From Chloroflexota bacterium (GTDB lineage: Bacteria; Chloroflexota; Limnocylindria; Limnocylindrales; CSP1-4): a stretch of DNA of 64,000 bases. Below the pieces are notes generated by a model, which was given only the letters and a program-made list of their open reading frames with translations, made no database searches and had not been told where the DNA came from. The stretch spans positions 128,522 through 192,521 of the forward strand of contig JAHBUZ010000006.1 of NCBI GenBank assembly GCA_019637815.1, written 5' to 3'. Shown here one piece after another: positions 1 to 9,050 of this stretch. Within the stretch, counting starts at the first letter, position 1. Each line of letters begins with the position of its first letter. The translations under genes and the position numbers were made by a program.

Positions 1-171
1 GGAGGAGCGTCGATGCGTGGCCGGTCGCCATGCATCCATGATGGCAGCAGACGCGTCGCGCCATCCACCCCGCCACCGCGCCTCGCCATCCACCGCGACC
101 GCGTATCCCGGGTGATGATCGGGGCCTTGGCTGGGGCGGTACGATCGCGCGAACCACCGAGTGGAGGTGCG

Positions 172-711
172 ATGCAGGGGGCGCAGACATTCCGGGTCCG
201 ATCGGTCGCCCGACTCCTGGTCCCGGCGACCGCGGTGTGCGCCGTGGTCGTGGCCATCCTGTTCCTGGTCACCGAGGCGGAGGCTCGCTGGGCCGTCCTG
301 ATCGTGGGTGGCGTGCTGGTGGTCGGCCTGGGGATCGGGGCCTGGATCACCACCCGGGTGCGCCTCGTCATCACACCCGAGACGATCACCTATCACGGCA
401 TGGGCTACCGCGTGCGAGCCGGATGGGCCGACCTCGTGGGCCACGGCCGCCGCGTGATGGGCATCCAGGACGTGGAATCGCTCATCCGGCGCGGCTCGGG
501 CCTCGAGATGTCCGGCTGGATGGCGCTCACGTATCGCCTGATGCCGGCGATCAGCGTCGCCTCGGTCGCGAGCAACGGCCCAGTGCCAGGCGGCCAGCAG
601 GTCCCCGAGGACGCGATCCCGGTCGGCATGTTCGACCGTGGCTGGCGCACGGGTGAGATCGGGGCGCTCGTCCGCCGCTACGCCCCCGAGGCGTTCGACA
701 CGCCGGTCTGA
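172..711 (+). CDS. hypothetical membrane protein (two N-terminal TM helices plus a soluble C-terminal part)
   Basis: Track ORF 13..711. An internal ATG at 172 is preceded by GGAGG. Hydrophobic stretches LLVPATAVCAVVVAILFLV and AVLIVGGVLVVGLGIGAWI. Codons are GC3-rich. No family recognised. Confidence 0.5.
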   Translation: MQGAQTFRVRSVARLLVPATAVCAVVVAILFLVTEAEARWAVLIVGGVLVVGLGIGAWITTRVRLVITPETITYHGMGYRVRAGWADLVGHGRRVMGIQDVESLIRRGSGLEMSGWMALTYRLMPAISVASVASNGPVPGGQQVPEDAIPVGMFDRGWRTGEIGALVRRYAPEAFDTPV

Positions 712-764
712 ACCGGCTGCTCCGCGCTCACGGAGCGGACGACCGCGCCCACTCGACGCCCGCA

Positions 765-856
765 GATGTCAAGTCTGGACGCCCGTGGATGTCAAGTACA
801 GACGCCCGAGAATGTATAGTTTCACCGCCCGTGGATGTATAGTAGGCATCTGGTGG
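765..856. repeat. four tandem 23-bp direct repeats (iteron-like) upstream of the DUF4143 ATPase gene
   Basis: Units read from the sequence: GATGTCAAGTCTGGACGCCCGTG, GATGTCAAGTACAGACGCCCGAG, AATGTATAGTTTCACCGCCCGTG, GATGTATAGTAGGCATCTGGTGG. Units 3 and 4 contain the -10-like hexamer TATAGT. Coordinates +/-2 nt. Confidence 0.7.
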
Positions 857-904
857 CCGCATCCGCGGGCACCTCGATCGGCCTGACGCGTGGAGGGCAC
901 GCAC

Positions 905-2185
905 ATGCGGTATCAGCCGCGCATCATCGATGCCGACCTCGCGGAGCTTGTTGCGAGCGTGCCCGCCGTGGTCGTGGTGGGTGCGAAGGCCATCGGCAAG
1001 ACGGAGTCGGCACGCAGGTTCGCCCGAAGCGTCCTGGACCTCGCGGACCCTGACCAGCGAGCGATCATCCTCTCGGACCGGCAGTCCGCCCTCGCGAACG
1101 CCGACCCACCCGTGCTCATCGACGAGTGGCAGTACGACCCAGGTACCTGGGAGGCGATGCGGCGCGCCGTGGATGCCGACCCGACACCGGGTCGATTCAT
1201 CCTGACCGGGAGCGCCAACCCCCGGGGCGTTCGGGTCCACTCAGGTGCCGGCCGCGTGGTCCGTGTCCGGATGCGGCCCTTGAGCCTTGCCGAACGGGGG
1301 ATCGAGTCGGCCACGGTCAGCCTGCGCGCCATGTGGACGGCAGCCACGGCCGGATCCCTCGGCATCGCCGGGCGGACCGAGCTCTCGACCATCGACTATG
1401 CGCGCGAGATCGTGGACTCCGGGTTTCCCGGGATCCGCTTCGGACCGGAGCGGAGTCGGCGCCGGCTGGTGCGGTCGTACGTGGACAGCATCCTGGAGCA
1501 CGACGTGCCGGAGCTGGGCTTCGTGCCGCGTCGTCCCGCGTCACTGGCGCAGTGGCTCCGAGCCTACGCAGCGGCCAGTTCCACGACCGCCACCTCCACG
1601 TCCATCGCCGATGCGATCCCGGGCGACGCCCGACCCGCCCGTCAGACCATCGAGGTGTATCGGGATGTCCTGAGTCACCTGTGGCTGCTCGATCCCGTGC
1701 CGGCGTTCCCGCTGGGCCGGAGCCGACTGACCGAGATCGGACGTGCTCCCAAGCATCAGCTGACCGACCCAGCGTTGGCTGCGGCCGTCCTTGGCGTGGA
1801 TGCGACGACGCTGCTTGCAGCCGATGCGGGTCGGGAGTCGGCAACGCTCCGGGACGGTCCCCTCCTGGGGGCGCTGTTCGAATCGCTGGCCACCCAGTCG
1901 GTCCGGGTCTACGCCGAGGCGCTTGGCCTCGATGTCTCGCACATCCGGACCGCCCGAGGCGAGCACGAGGTGGATCTGATGGTGCATGCGCCGGATGGGC
2001 GCGCCCTGGCGATCGAGGTGAAGCTCGCCGCGACCCCCTCGGACCGGGACGTGCGTCACCTCCACTGGCTGGCCGATCGCCTTGGCGATGACCTCGTCGA
2101 CCGGGTGGTGCTCACGACCGGACGACAGGCATATCGCCGACCCGATGGCGTGGCTGTCGTGCCGCTTGCCCTCCTGGGGCCCTGA
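905..2185 (+). CDS. AAA-family ATPase with a DUF4143-type C-terminal PD-(D/E)xK-like domain
   Basis: Track ORF 890..2185. The ATG at 905 is preceded by GGAGGG. Walker A GAKAIGKT, Walker B VLIDEWQ. The C-terminal HEVDLMV...LAIEVKLA resembles the AAA_14/DUF4143 architecture. Confidence 0.75.
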   Translation: MRYQPRIIDADLAELVASVPAVVVVGAKAIGKTESARRFARSVLDLADPDQRAIILSDRQSALANADPPVLIDEWQYDPGTWEAMRRAVDADPTPGRFILTGSANPRGVRVHSGAGRVVRVRMRPLSLAERGIESATVSLRAMWTAATAGSLGIAGRTELSTIDYAREIVDSGFPGIRFGPERSRRRLVRSYVDSILEHDVPELGFVPRRPASLAQWLRAYAAASSTTATSTSIADAIPGDARPARQTIEVYRDVLSHLWLLDPVPAFPLGRSRLTEIGRAPKHQLTDPALAAAVLGVDATTLLAADAGRESATLRDGPLLGALFESLATQSVRVYAEALGLDVSHIRTARGEHEVDLMVHAPDGRALAIEVKLAATPSDRDVRHLHWLADRLGDDLVDRVVLTTGRQAYRRPDGVAVVPLALLGP

Positions 2186-2237
2186 GCGCGACGCAGGAGT
2201 GGCTCGTCCGCTCCTTCCAGACGGGATCGTTGGTGGG

Positions 2238-2972
2238 TCAGTCGGTCGTACGGGGGTGCGCCGACGCGACGTCACCGATGATCGCCGCGAGCTCAGCAGG
2301 CCGTGACCACATCGGCCAGTGGCTCGTCGGCAGGTCGATCCAGGTGGTGTGGCGCAGCTCCGGGATCCCGGCGAGGAATGCCCAGTCGGGATGCTCGCGG
2401 GCGTACGTCTGGTAGTCCGCGGCCGAGAAGCCGGTGCAGATGAAGGTGCTCGGGACGTCCCGCCGGGCATCGTTGGTCAGCTCGACCGATTCACGGAGCA
2501 TCGCGCCCGGCTCCGGGACCGCGCGCTCGCGGAACGTGGCCTTCTGGGCGTCGGAGAGCCCATCGAGGTTCTCCTCCGCCTCCACGGACGCCCAGTCGAG
2601 CGGCTTCTCCACGTCCGTGAAGTCCGGATCGAGGGCGCCCTTGCCGGGCGCCGTGTCCACGTACACCATCGCCGCGATCCGGTCCGGGTGACGGTCGCTC
2701 GCGGCGTAGCCCGGGAAGCCCGCCGCGGAGTGGACCGCGAGCACGGCCGGTGCTGGCGCCGCGCGCAGCGCATCGCTGATGGCGTCCACGTGGTCCGAGA
2801 GATGGACCGTGGAGCGGTCCGCATCCCTGGACTCGAGCCCGGGCAGCGTCAGCGCGGTCACATCGTGCCCGTCCGCGCGCAGGATGGCGGCCACCTCGTC
2901 CCACGCCCATGCCCCCAGCCAGAACCCCGGGACCAGGATGATCGGTGCGGGAGTGGAACGCTGCTCGGTCAT
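2238..2972 (-). CDS. alpha/beta-fold hydrolase
   Basis: Internal start MTEQRSTPAPIILVPGFWLGAWAWDEV within track ORF 2238..3272. The motif AVHSAAG fits the nucleophile elbow. The upstream 100 codons are low-complexity and overlap the divergent gene region. Confidence 0.7.
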   Translation of the reverse strand: MTEQRSTPAPIILVPGFWLGAWAWDEVAAILRADGHDVTALTLPGLESRDADRSTVHLSDHVDAISDALRAAPAPAVLAVHSAAGFPGYAASDRHPDRIAAMVYVDTAPGKGALDPDFTDVEKPLDWASVEAEENLDGLSDAQKATFRERAVPEPGAMLRESVELTNDARRDVPSTFICTGFSAADYQTYAREHPDWAFLAGIPELRHTTWIDLPTSHWPMWSRPAELAAIIGDVASAHPRTTD

Positions 2973-3078
2973 CGTGCGAGCCTCCTTCGATGGCGGATGG
3001 GCGGGTTCCCATCCTGACCCATGCCCATGACGATCCCTGTCAGGATCGCGGCCACGTACCCGCCGAGACCGTCGCCAT

Positions 3079-4662
3079 GTGGCGTACCCTGCGGCGGTGA
3101 CCATCGCGCGCTCGCATCCCGGCGAGGTGCTCCACGTCTGGGACCACTTCGTGCTGACCCTCCGTGCGGGCCAGGCGAGCACCACCCTGTCGCTGTACGC
3201 GATCACCTGGTCTCCCGAGGTCGGCACTGGGCACGTGGCCATCCTGAGCGGCACGGATCGTCCGACCACCATCTACCAGGACCAGCCAGGCATCGGCGAG
3301 CGCATGCGCCGGCGGTTGCTGGCCATCGGGTCGCCCGCCGCGGGCCTCGCGGAAGCCTCGACGGTGGACGCGATCATCGAGCGACATCCGGTCCAGGACG
3401 ACACCATGGGCTTCGCCATCAACAGCGCCGCGGGTGTCCTCGAGGCGACCTGGGCGTCCCTGCGGCCACCCGTCTGGACCCTTGGGCCGGCTCCCGCCTT
3501 CTGGGAGCGCGAGGACATCTGGGCGGTGATGATCGAGGCTGACGCCGCGCGCCTGACCCTCGACGGTGTCGCGGTCCCGGGCGCACCCTTCCCCGACGAC
3601 GCCTGGATCCCCAAGGTCGGCCGGCCGCTGTCCTCGGCCCACATCGCCCTCGCGGAGGTCCGTGTCAAACCCGTCGCTGCAGGACGATCCGGGGAGGATG
3701 GGGTGATGGCCGATCTGTCGGATCACTTCGATGGCGCCGTCCATGACGACACAGGGGTCCAGCTGGATGCCCACTTCTCGCTCGGAGCGTCGCCCGATGG
3801 ATATGAGCTGGTGCACGAAGCCCGATGGGGTGGTCGGGGCGCGTCCAGCATCGGGAATCGCGACTACGCAGCGGGTCTGGGACTCCTGCTCGGCCGCCTT
3901 GGCAGCATGGGTGCGCTTCTGCTCGATGCCACAGTCGATTCAGCGCCCATGCGCACACGACCGCACGATGACCGGGCGCTGGACCTGGGCGCCACGTTCC
4001 CGGTCCGGATCCACGAGCACGACCCGGAGACCCTCCGCCTGGCACTGAGCCGTGCCCAGTCCGCCATCGGGCGTGCGCCGGGGGCCCGTGGCTCGGGCAA
4101 CTCCACGCGGCGTATCCTCCTCCGTTTCGCGCTTCCGGATCCAGGTCCGAGCGCCATGGAGCTCGGGTATCGACTCGCCACTGGCAGGAGTGGTGAGGTG
4201 GCGGAGGTCGGCGCCGCGGTCGATCTGGTCGCTGGTCGCGCCAGCGGACAGGGATTCGCCAGGTCCGCGGAGGAGCGGGCGATCCTCGAACACTGGGGCA
4301 TGACCCGCGTGACCCTCGAGCTGCTCGATGAGGGGTGGCCCAAGGTCGATGACGTCTCGGCACGCGAGAGCTTCGATCTGCTGTGCCTGGGACCTGGTGC
4401 CGAGCTGCGCGTGGAGGTCAAGGCGACCCGCGGCACCGCGGCGCAGGTACTCGTCACACGTGCCGAGGTCCTGCACGCGAGGCTCCAGACGGTGCATCTC
4501 GCGATCGTGGCGGGCGTCCGGCTCGTGCGCGCGTCGCCGGGTCCCATCGTCGCATCGGGCGGAGAGGTCACCTGGCATCGGCCCTGGAGCCCTCGGGAGG
4601 ATGAGCTGACGCCGCTGGCCTATGCGTGGCGTGCGTCATCGCCGGAGCGCTTGCGACCGTAG
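3079..4662 (+). CDS. hypothetical 527-aa protein with a C-terminal DUF3883-like PD-(D/E)xK nuclease core
   Basis: GC3-rich codons throughout. The C-terminus ERAILEHWG...FDLLCLGPGAELRVEVKATRG...LVTRAEV matches the E...D...EVK restriction-endonuclease-fold pattern of DUF3883. The N-terminal ~400 aa were not recognised. An internal ATG at 3706 has a GGAGG upstream, so an alternative shorter product is possible. Confidence 0.55.
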   Translation: MAYPAAVTIARSHPGEVLHVWDHFVLTLRAGQASTTLSLYAITWSPEVGTGHVAILSGTDRPTTIYQDQPGIGERMRRRLLAIGSPAAGLAEASTVDAIIERHPVQDDTMGFAINSAAGVLEATWASLRPPVWTLGPAPAFWEREDIWAVMIEADAARLTLDGVAVPGAPFPDDAWIPKVGRPLSSAHIALAEVRVKPVAAGRSGEDGVMADLSDHFDGAVHDDTGVQLDAHFSLGASPDGYELVHEARWGGRGASSIGNRDYAAGLGLLLGRLGSMGALLLDATVDSAPMRTRPHDDRALDLGATFPVRIHEHDPETLRLALSRAQSAIGRAPGARGSGNSTRRILLRFALPDPGPSAMELGYRLATGRSGEVAEVGAAVDLVAGRASGQGFARSAEERAILEHWGMTRVTLELLDEGWPKVDDVSARESFDLLCLGPGAELRVEVKATRGTAAQVLVTRAEVLHARLQTVHLAIVAGVRLVRASPGPIVASGGEVTWHRPWSPREDELTPLAYAWRASSPERLRP

Positions 4663-4665
4663 GAC

Positions 4666-5064
4666 GTGACGACCCTTGACCGTGCCACAGGACCTGGCAC
4701 GACGGCCGAGTCTCATGGGCGTATGACTCCGATGCACCACTCCCACCCCGAACCAGGACTTCGGTATCGGTGCCGCGACTGCGGTGCGCTCGACACGATC
4801 GTGAGCGTCGATCTCGTGCCCCGGGTGATGGCGGTCCGTCCTGCGGACGATGGACCGGATCTCGCCCCCGAGATGCGCGATGACGTGTTCTGGGAGGCGG
4901 GCGCGACGATCGGCTTCGCATGCGAGACCGAGTCATGCCGGTTCTGGCACGGCCACTATGGGATCTTCCGAGCCACGACCACGAAGGGGAAGCACGTCTC
5001 GTGGGAGGTCGAGCGGGCGCACGCGATCGACGAGGTCGCGGAGATCCTCGGCGAGGGTCCCTGA
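4666..5064 (+). CDS. small hypothetical protein with a 4-Cys (CxxC...CxxxxC) zinc-ribbon-like motif
   Basis: GTG start 4 nt after the stop of the upstream gene, suggesting translational coupling. Motifs RCRDCG and CETESC. The start could instead be an internal Met near 4723. Confidence 0.45.
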   Translation: MTTLDRATGPGTTAESHGRMTPMHHSHPEPGLRYRCRDCGALDTIVSVDLVPRVMAVRPADDGPDLAPEMRDDVFWEAGATIGFACETESCRFWHGHYGIFRATTTKGKHVSWEVERAHAIDEVAEILGEGP

Positions 5065-5193
5065 GCCTACGGCTTCTAGCACGAGGAGCCGGGCCTCCAC
5101 GAAGTGGCCGACATCGAAGCGCGCATGCGTCCGGGTCGACGATGGGCCTGACTGGCCGAGCGTCCTGCCGCTGGTGTGCGATAGGCTCGCCGG

Positions 5194-5637
5194 ATGACGG
5201 CCAGGCTGGACAACATCGGCATCGTGGTCGAGGATCTCGCGGCGGCGGTCGAGTTCTTCCGCGCGCTCGGTCTCGAGCTGGAAGGACGAGGGACCGTCGA
5301 CCAGGAGTGGGCGGGGCGCGTCACGGGCCTTGGGGAGCAGCACGTCGAGATCGCCATGATGCGCACGCCCGATGGCCATGGCCGTCTGGAGCTCTCGCGA
5401 TTCATCACGCCGGCCGTGGTCGCCGATCACCGGAACGCCCCCGTGAATGCGCTCGGCTATCTGCGGGTCATGTTCGAGGTGGATGACATCGACGAGACGC
5501 TCGCCCGACTCGAGGCGCACGGCGCGCAGCTCGTCAGCAGCGAGGTGGTCCAGTACGAGGACACGTACCGGCTGTGCTACATCCGCGGGCCGGAAGGCAT
5601 CCTCATCGGACTCGCCCAGCAGCTCGGCAGGTCCTGA
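5194..5637 (+). CDS. VOC family protein (glyoxalase/bleomycin-resistance/dioxygenase fold)
   Basis: MTARLDNIGIVVEDLAAAVEFFRALGLELEG ... ELSRF ... YIRGPEGILIGLAQ is a typical VOC pattern. Confidence 0.75.
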   Translation: MTARLDNIGIVVEDLAAAVEFFRALGLELEGRGTVDQEWAGRVTGLGEQHVEIAMMRTPDGHGRLELSRFITPAVVADHRNAPVNALGYLRVMFEVDDIDETLARLEAHGAQLVSSEVVQYEDTYRLCYIRGPEGILIGLAQQLGRS

Positions 5638-5687
5638 GTCCCCCACCCGGGGGGACGGCCGCCGAAGCGTTCGAGGACGACCCTGAC

Positions 5688-8135
5688 CTACAGCTCCAGC
5701 GCCAGGAGCCCGGCCTCCACGATGTGGTCGACGTCGATGCCGGCGTAGGCGTACAGGTCCGGGATGGTCCCTGACTGGCCGAAGCGGTCCATGCCCAGTG
5801 GCACCACGGGCGCTCCGAACGCCGCGCCCAGGAAGTCGAGGGTGTGTGATGCGCCATCGAGCACGGTCACCATGGGCTGGCGCCGCGACACGGCCGGGAA
5901 CAGGGTCGCGAGATGGGGGAGTGCCGCGTCCGTCCGATCACGCACCGCGCCCAGGCGACGGCCGGCGAGCTCCGCGTGGAGCCGGTCCGCGGATGTGACC
6001 ACGACGAGGCTCGCCGCGACCTCCTCCCGCACGAGCGCGCGCACCGCCGCGATCGCTTCCGGCACGACGGCGCCCACCGCGATGACGGTGATCCCCGGTG
6101 CGCCGTCCGGCAGGGAAACGTCTTCCTCGGCCGCGACCTCGGCGGGCTCCAGCAGCCGATAGCCGCCCGCCAGCACCTGTCGTCGCCACTCGGCGTCGCC
6201 GAGCCGTGCCCGGACCGGCGCCGCGAGCCCCTGGTCGACGCCACGCGTCGTCAGCCGCAGGTACGTGGAGAAGCCGCTCGACCCGCGATCCGCCACCCCC
6301 CTGATCGCCTCCAGCAGGCACCACGCGACCTCCTGGCCGAAGGCCGGCTCGTACGCGTGCAGGCCAGGGAGCTCCACGCCCAGCGAGGGGGTGACGCTGG
6401 ACTGGTGCGCGCCACCCTCCGGTGACAGGGTCACGCCCGACGGCGTCGCGACGAGGATGAAGCGCGACCCGATGTACAGGGCATGGATGAGCGCGTCGAG
6501 CCCGCGCGCGATGAACGGGTCGTAGACCGTGCCCAGCGGCACCAGCGGCTGCTCGAACAGCTCTGCGGTGAGCCCGAACTGGGACAGCCACATGAACAGG
6601 TCCATCTCGCTGATGCCCAGCTCGATGTGCTGCCCCGATGGGCTCGGCTGCCAGCGCAGCAGTCGCGGCGCATCGTCGAGGACGGGCGCTTCGGTCGCCG
6701 AGAAGACGCCGACGCGGTTGATCCAGCCACCCAGGTTGGTGGACACGGACACGTCCGGTGAGGCGGTCACGATGCGTGGTCCGATGCTCTCCACGCGACC
6801 CAGCGCCGCGAGCGCATCACCGAGCACCTGCTGGGTGGACGTCTTCGGGGCGATCCGGATATCCACGTCATCCGGCGCGACGATCGGCGCCACGGGGGTC
6901 CGCGGGTGTGTCCGCGCCCGCAACGCCGCACCGCGTGCCGAGAGCAGTCGAGACTCATCCGAGCCGGTGGGGAACGCGGCCCACGGGTCGTCCGCATCCA
7001 CGCCGAGCGCGGGTGCCAGCGCCGCGACCTGGTCCGCGGTGAGCATCGCGGAGTGGTTGAGTGGATCACCCGCGAAGGGCAGCATCCAGCCCTTGATGGT
7101 GTATGCGAACACGACGCTCGGCCGATCGCGGTCGGCATCCGCCTGGTCGAGCACGCGCACGAGCGATTCGATGTCATGGCCGCCCAGGTCCGCCAGCAGC
7201 CGCGGCAGGTCACCGTCGTCCGTGTCGCCGAGCGCGGTCGCCAGGTCATCCCGGTCGGCAGCATCGGCGCCGTCCACGACCCGCGACCGGATCTCCGCGC
7301 CGGAGCGGCGGATGAGCCCCTGGTACTCCTCGTTGGGCATGTCGTCGATGCGCCGCCGGAGCGTGGCGCCACCGGGCCCCGCGAACGCCGCCTCCAGCAG
7401 CCGGCCGTACTTGGCGGAGAGCACCTGGAACCCGGCCGCGGCGAACATCTGCTCCAGCCGCCGGATGCGGATGCCCGGCACCACCCGGTCGAGACTCTGG
7501 CGATTGAGGTCCACGAGCAGGGTCACGTTGCCCAGACCCTGGAGCGGATCCTCCAGCACGGCTTCCCAGACGTTGCCCTCGTCCAGCTCCGCGTCCCCCA
7601 CGGTCGCCACGAACCGGCGGTCCGGCCACGCGGCGGCCTCGTCGCGGAGATGCGCCCGCAGGTACTGGTCGGCGAGCGCGGCGAACATGGGCGCCACGGC
7701 GCCCAGGCCCACGGAGCCGGTCGAGAAGTCGACCCGGTCGGGGTCCTTCGTGCGCGAGGGGTACGACTGGAGCCCACCGAACGCGCGCAGCTCGGTCAGC
7801 CATCGGCCATCGAGGTCGCCCATCAGGTAGCGCAACGCGTGGTAGACCGGGCTGGAGTGGGGCTTGATGGCGACCAGGTCATCGGGTCGCAGCCAGCGCA
7901 GATAGAGCGCGGACAGGATCGAGACCATCGATGCCGACGAGGCCTGGTGCCCACCCACCTTGAGCCCGTCCGGATTCGATCGGACGAGGTTCGCCTCGTG
8001 GATCATGCGCACGGCGAGCCAGAGCACGCGGCGCTCGATCGATTCGATGGTCTCCGTGGTCGGCTCGATGGCGGTGCCGGGCGCTCGGCGACCGGTGCGC
8101 AGGCGGCCGACCCGAGGCGGCTGGGCGATGGTCAC
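5688..8135 (-). CDS. pyruvate dehydrogenase E1 (AceE-like, homodimeric type) thiamine-diphosphate enzyme
   Basis: The C-terminal 815 codons of track ORF 5688..8855. LKVGGHQASSASMVSILSALYL, HSSPVYHALRYLMG and GGLQSYPS...STGSVGLG resemble AceE. Proposed GTG start at 8135; the longer ORF runs through the divergent IclR gene. Confidence 0.7.
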   Translation of the reverse strand: MTIAQPPRVGRLRTGRRAPGTAIEPTTETIESIERRVLWLAVRMIHEANLVRSNPDGLKVGGHQASSASMVSILSALYLRWLRPDDLVAIKPHSSPVYHALRYLMGDLDGRWLTELRAFGGLQSYPSRTKDPDRVDFSTGSVGLGAVAPMFAALADQYLRAHLRDEAAAWPDRRFVATVGDAELDEGNVWEAVLEDPLQGLGNVTLLVDLNRQSLDRVVPGIRIRRLEQMFAAAGFQVLSAKYGRLLEAAFAGPGGATLRRRIDDMPNEEYQGLIRRSGAEIRSRVVDGADAADRDDLATALGDTDDGDLPRLLADLGGHDIESLVRVLDQADADRDRPSVVFAYTIKGWMLPFAGDPLNHSAMLTADQVAALAPALGVDADDPWAAFPTGSDESRLLSARGAALRARTHPRTPVAPIVAPDDVDIRIAPKTSTQQVLGDALAALGRVESIGPRIVTASPDVSVSTNLGGWINRVGVFSATEAPVLDDAPRLLRWQPSPSGQHIELGISEMDLFMWLSQFGLTAELFEQPLVPLGTVYDPFIARGLDALIHALYIGSRFILVATPSGVTLSPEGGAHQSSVTPSLGVELPGLHAYEPAFGQEVAWCLLEAIRGVADRGSSGFSTYLRLTTRGVDQGLAAPVRARLGDAEWRRQVLAGGYRLLEPAEVAAEEDVSLPDGAPGITVIAVGAVVPEAIAAVRALVREEVAASLVVVTSADRLHAELAGRRLGAVRDRTDAALPHLATLFPAVSRRQPMVTVLDGASHTLDFLGAAFGAPVVPLGMDRFGQSGTIPDLYAYAGIDVDHIVEAGLLALEL

Positions 8136-8204
8136 GGACGCGATCCTCTGGGCGATGGATGGGCTGGCTTCGGGCCTGGCGGGCAGGCGTTGGTGTCGCA
8201 GTCT

Positions 8205-8234
8205 GTCCCGATTATCGGGACGCCTGTCCCGATA
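8205..8234. promoter_or_regulatory. perfect 8-1-8 palindrome GTCCCGATTATCGGGAC plus a repeated half-site TGTCCCGATA in the divergent IclR/E1 intergenic region (candidate IclR operator)
   Basis: Read directly from the sequence between the E1 start (about 8135) and the IclR start (8253). Coordinates +/-2 nt. Confidence 0.55.
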
Positions 8235-8252
8235 CCGTGATAGGGTACCCCG

Positions 8253-9041
8253 ATGGACCCCGCCACGGCAACTCGTGCCGCCGCCGACACCGCGCCCATG
8301 GCCCGCTGGGTGGCGGTCCTGGAGGCGTTCACCGACCGTGACGAGTGGGGCGTGCGGGACCTGGCGACCCATCTCGGCCTGCCGCGGTCGGCGGTCCATC
8401 GGATCCTCCATGAGGCGGTCCGCCAGGGACTGCTGGCAGCGGCGGTGACCACCGGTCGGTTCCGCGTGGGTCCGGCGCTCGCCCGTCTCGCGGTCGTGCT
8501 CGCTGACCGGCTGGACGTGCGGTCCGTGGCGCGTCCGGTCATGGAGCGGGCCGCCGCGGAGCTGGACGAGACGCTCGTGCTCGCGCTGTACTCCCCGGGG
8601 CGGCGACAGTTCGCGGCCATCGACGCGGTGGAGTCGAGCCACCCCATCCGCTACATCTGGGGCCCGCTGCGCCAGTGGAGCGACCTCCACACCGGTTCGA
8701 GCGGCAAGGGCATCCTCGCCTTCCTGCCGGACGAGGAGCAGGACGCCATCGTGGCTGCGCTCCCCGACCCGGTGCCGGGTCCCGTCCCGACGCCACGGGC
8801 GCGGCTCCGCGCCGAGCTGCGGGACGCACGGGCGCGCGGGCACGTGGTCAGCCACGGCGAGCGGTTCCCGGGCGCCGTCGGGGTCTCGGCGCCCATCCGC
8901 GATGCCACCGGGCGGGTCATCGGTGACCTGGTGTTCGGCTGGCCGGACAACCGGAACGACCCGGACAAGGAGGCGCGCGCGGGACGCATCGTCATGGACG
9001 CCGCCGCGCGGGTCTCGGCGGCGCTCGGCTATCGCCCCTGA
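8253..9041 (+). CDS. IclR family transcriptional regulator
   Basis: N-terminal wHTH VAVLEAFTDRDEWGVRDLATHLGLPRSAVHRILHEAV and an IclR-type C-terminal effector domain. Alternative start at 8298. Confidence 0.8.
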   Translation: MDPATATRAAADTAPMARWVAVLEAFTDRDEWGVRDLATHLGLPRSAVHRILHEAVRQGLLAAAVTTGRFRVGPALARLAVVLADRLDVRSVARPVMERAAAELDETLVLALYSPGRRQFAAIDAVESSHPIRYIWGPLRQWSDLHTGSSGKGILAFLPDEEQDAIVAALPDPVPGPVPTPRARLRAELRDARARGHVVSHGERFPGAVGVSAPIRDATGRVIGDLVFGWPDNRNDPDKEARAGRIVMDAAARVSAALGYRP

Positions 9042-9050
9042 GGCGCCGGA

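Noticed and set aside
8136-8855. A 240-codon N-terminal extension of the E1 ORF (track ORF 5688..8855, 1055 aa).
   Set aside because: The extension is Arg/Pro-rich low-complexity sequence. It runs antisense through the well-supported IclR gene and its promoter region. E1 homology begins only around 8100, so an internal GTG start was used.
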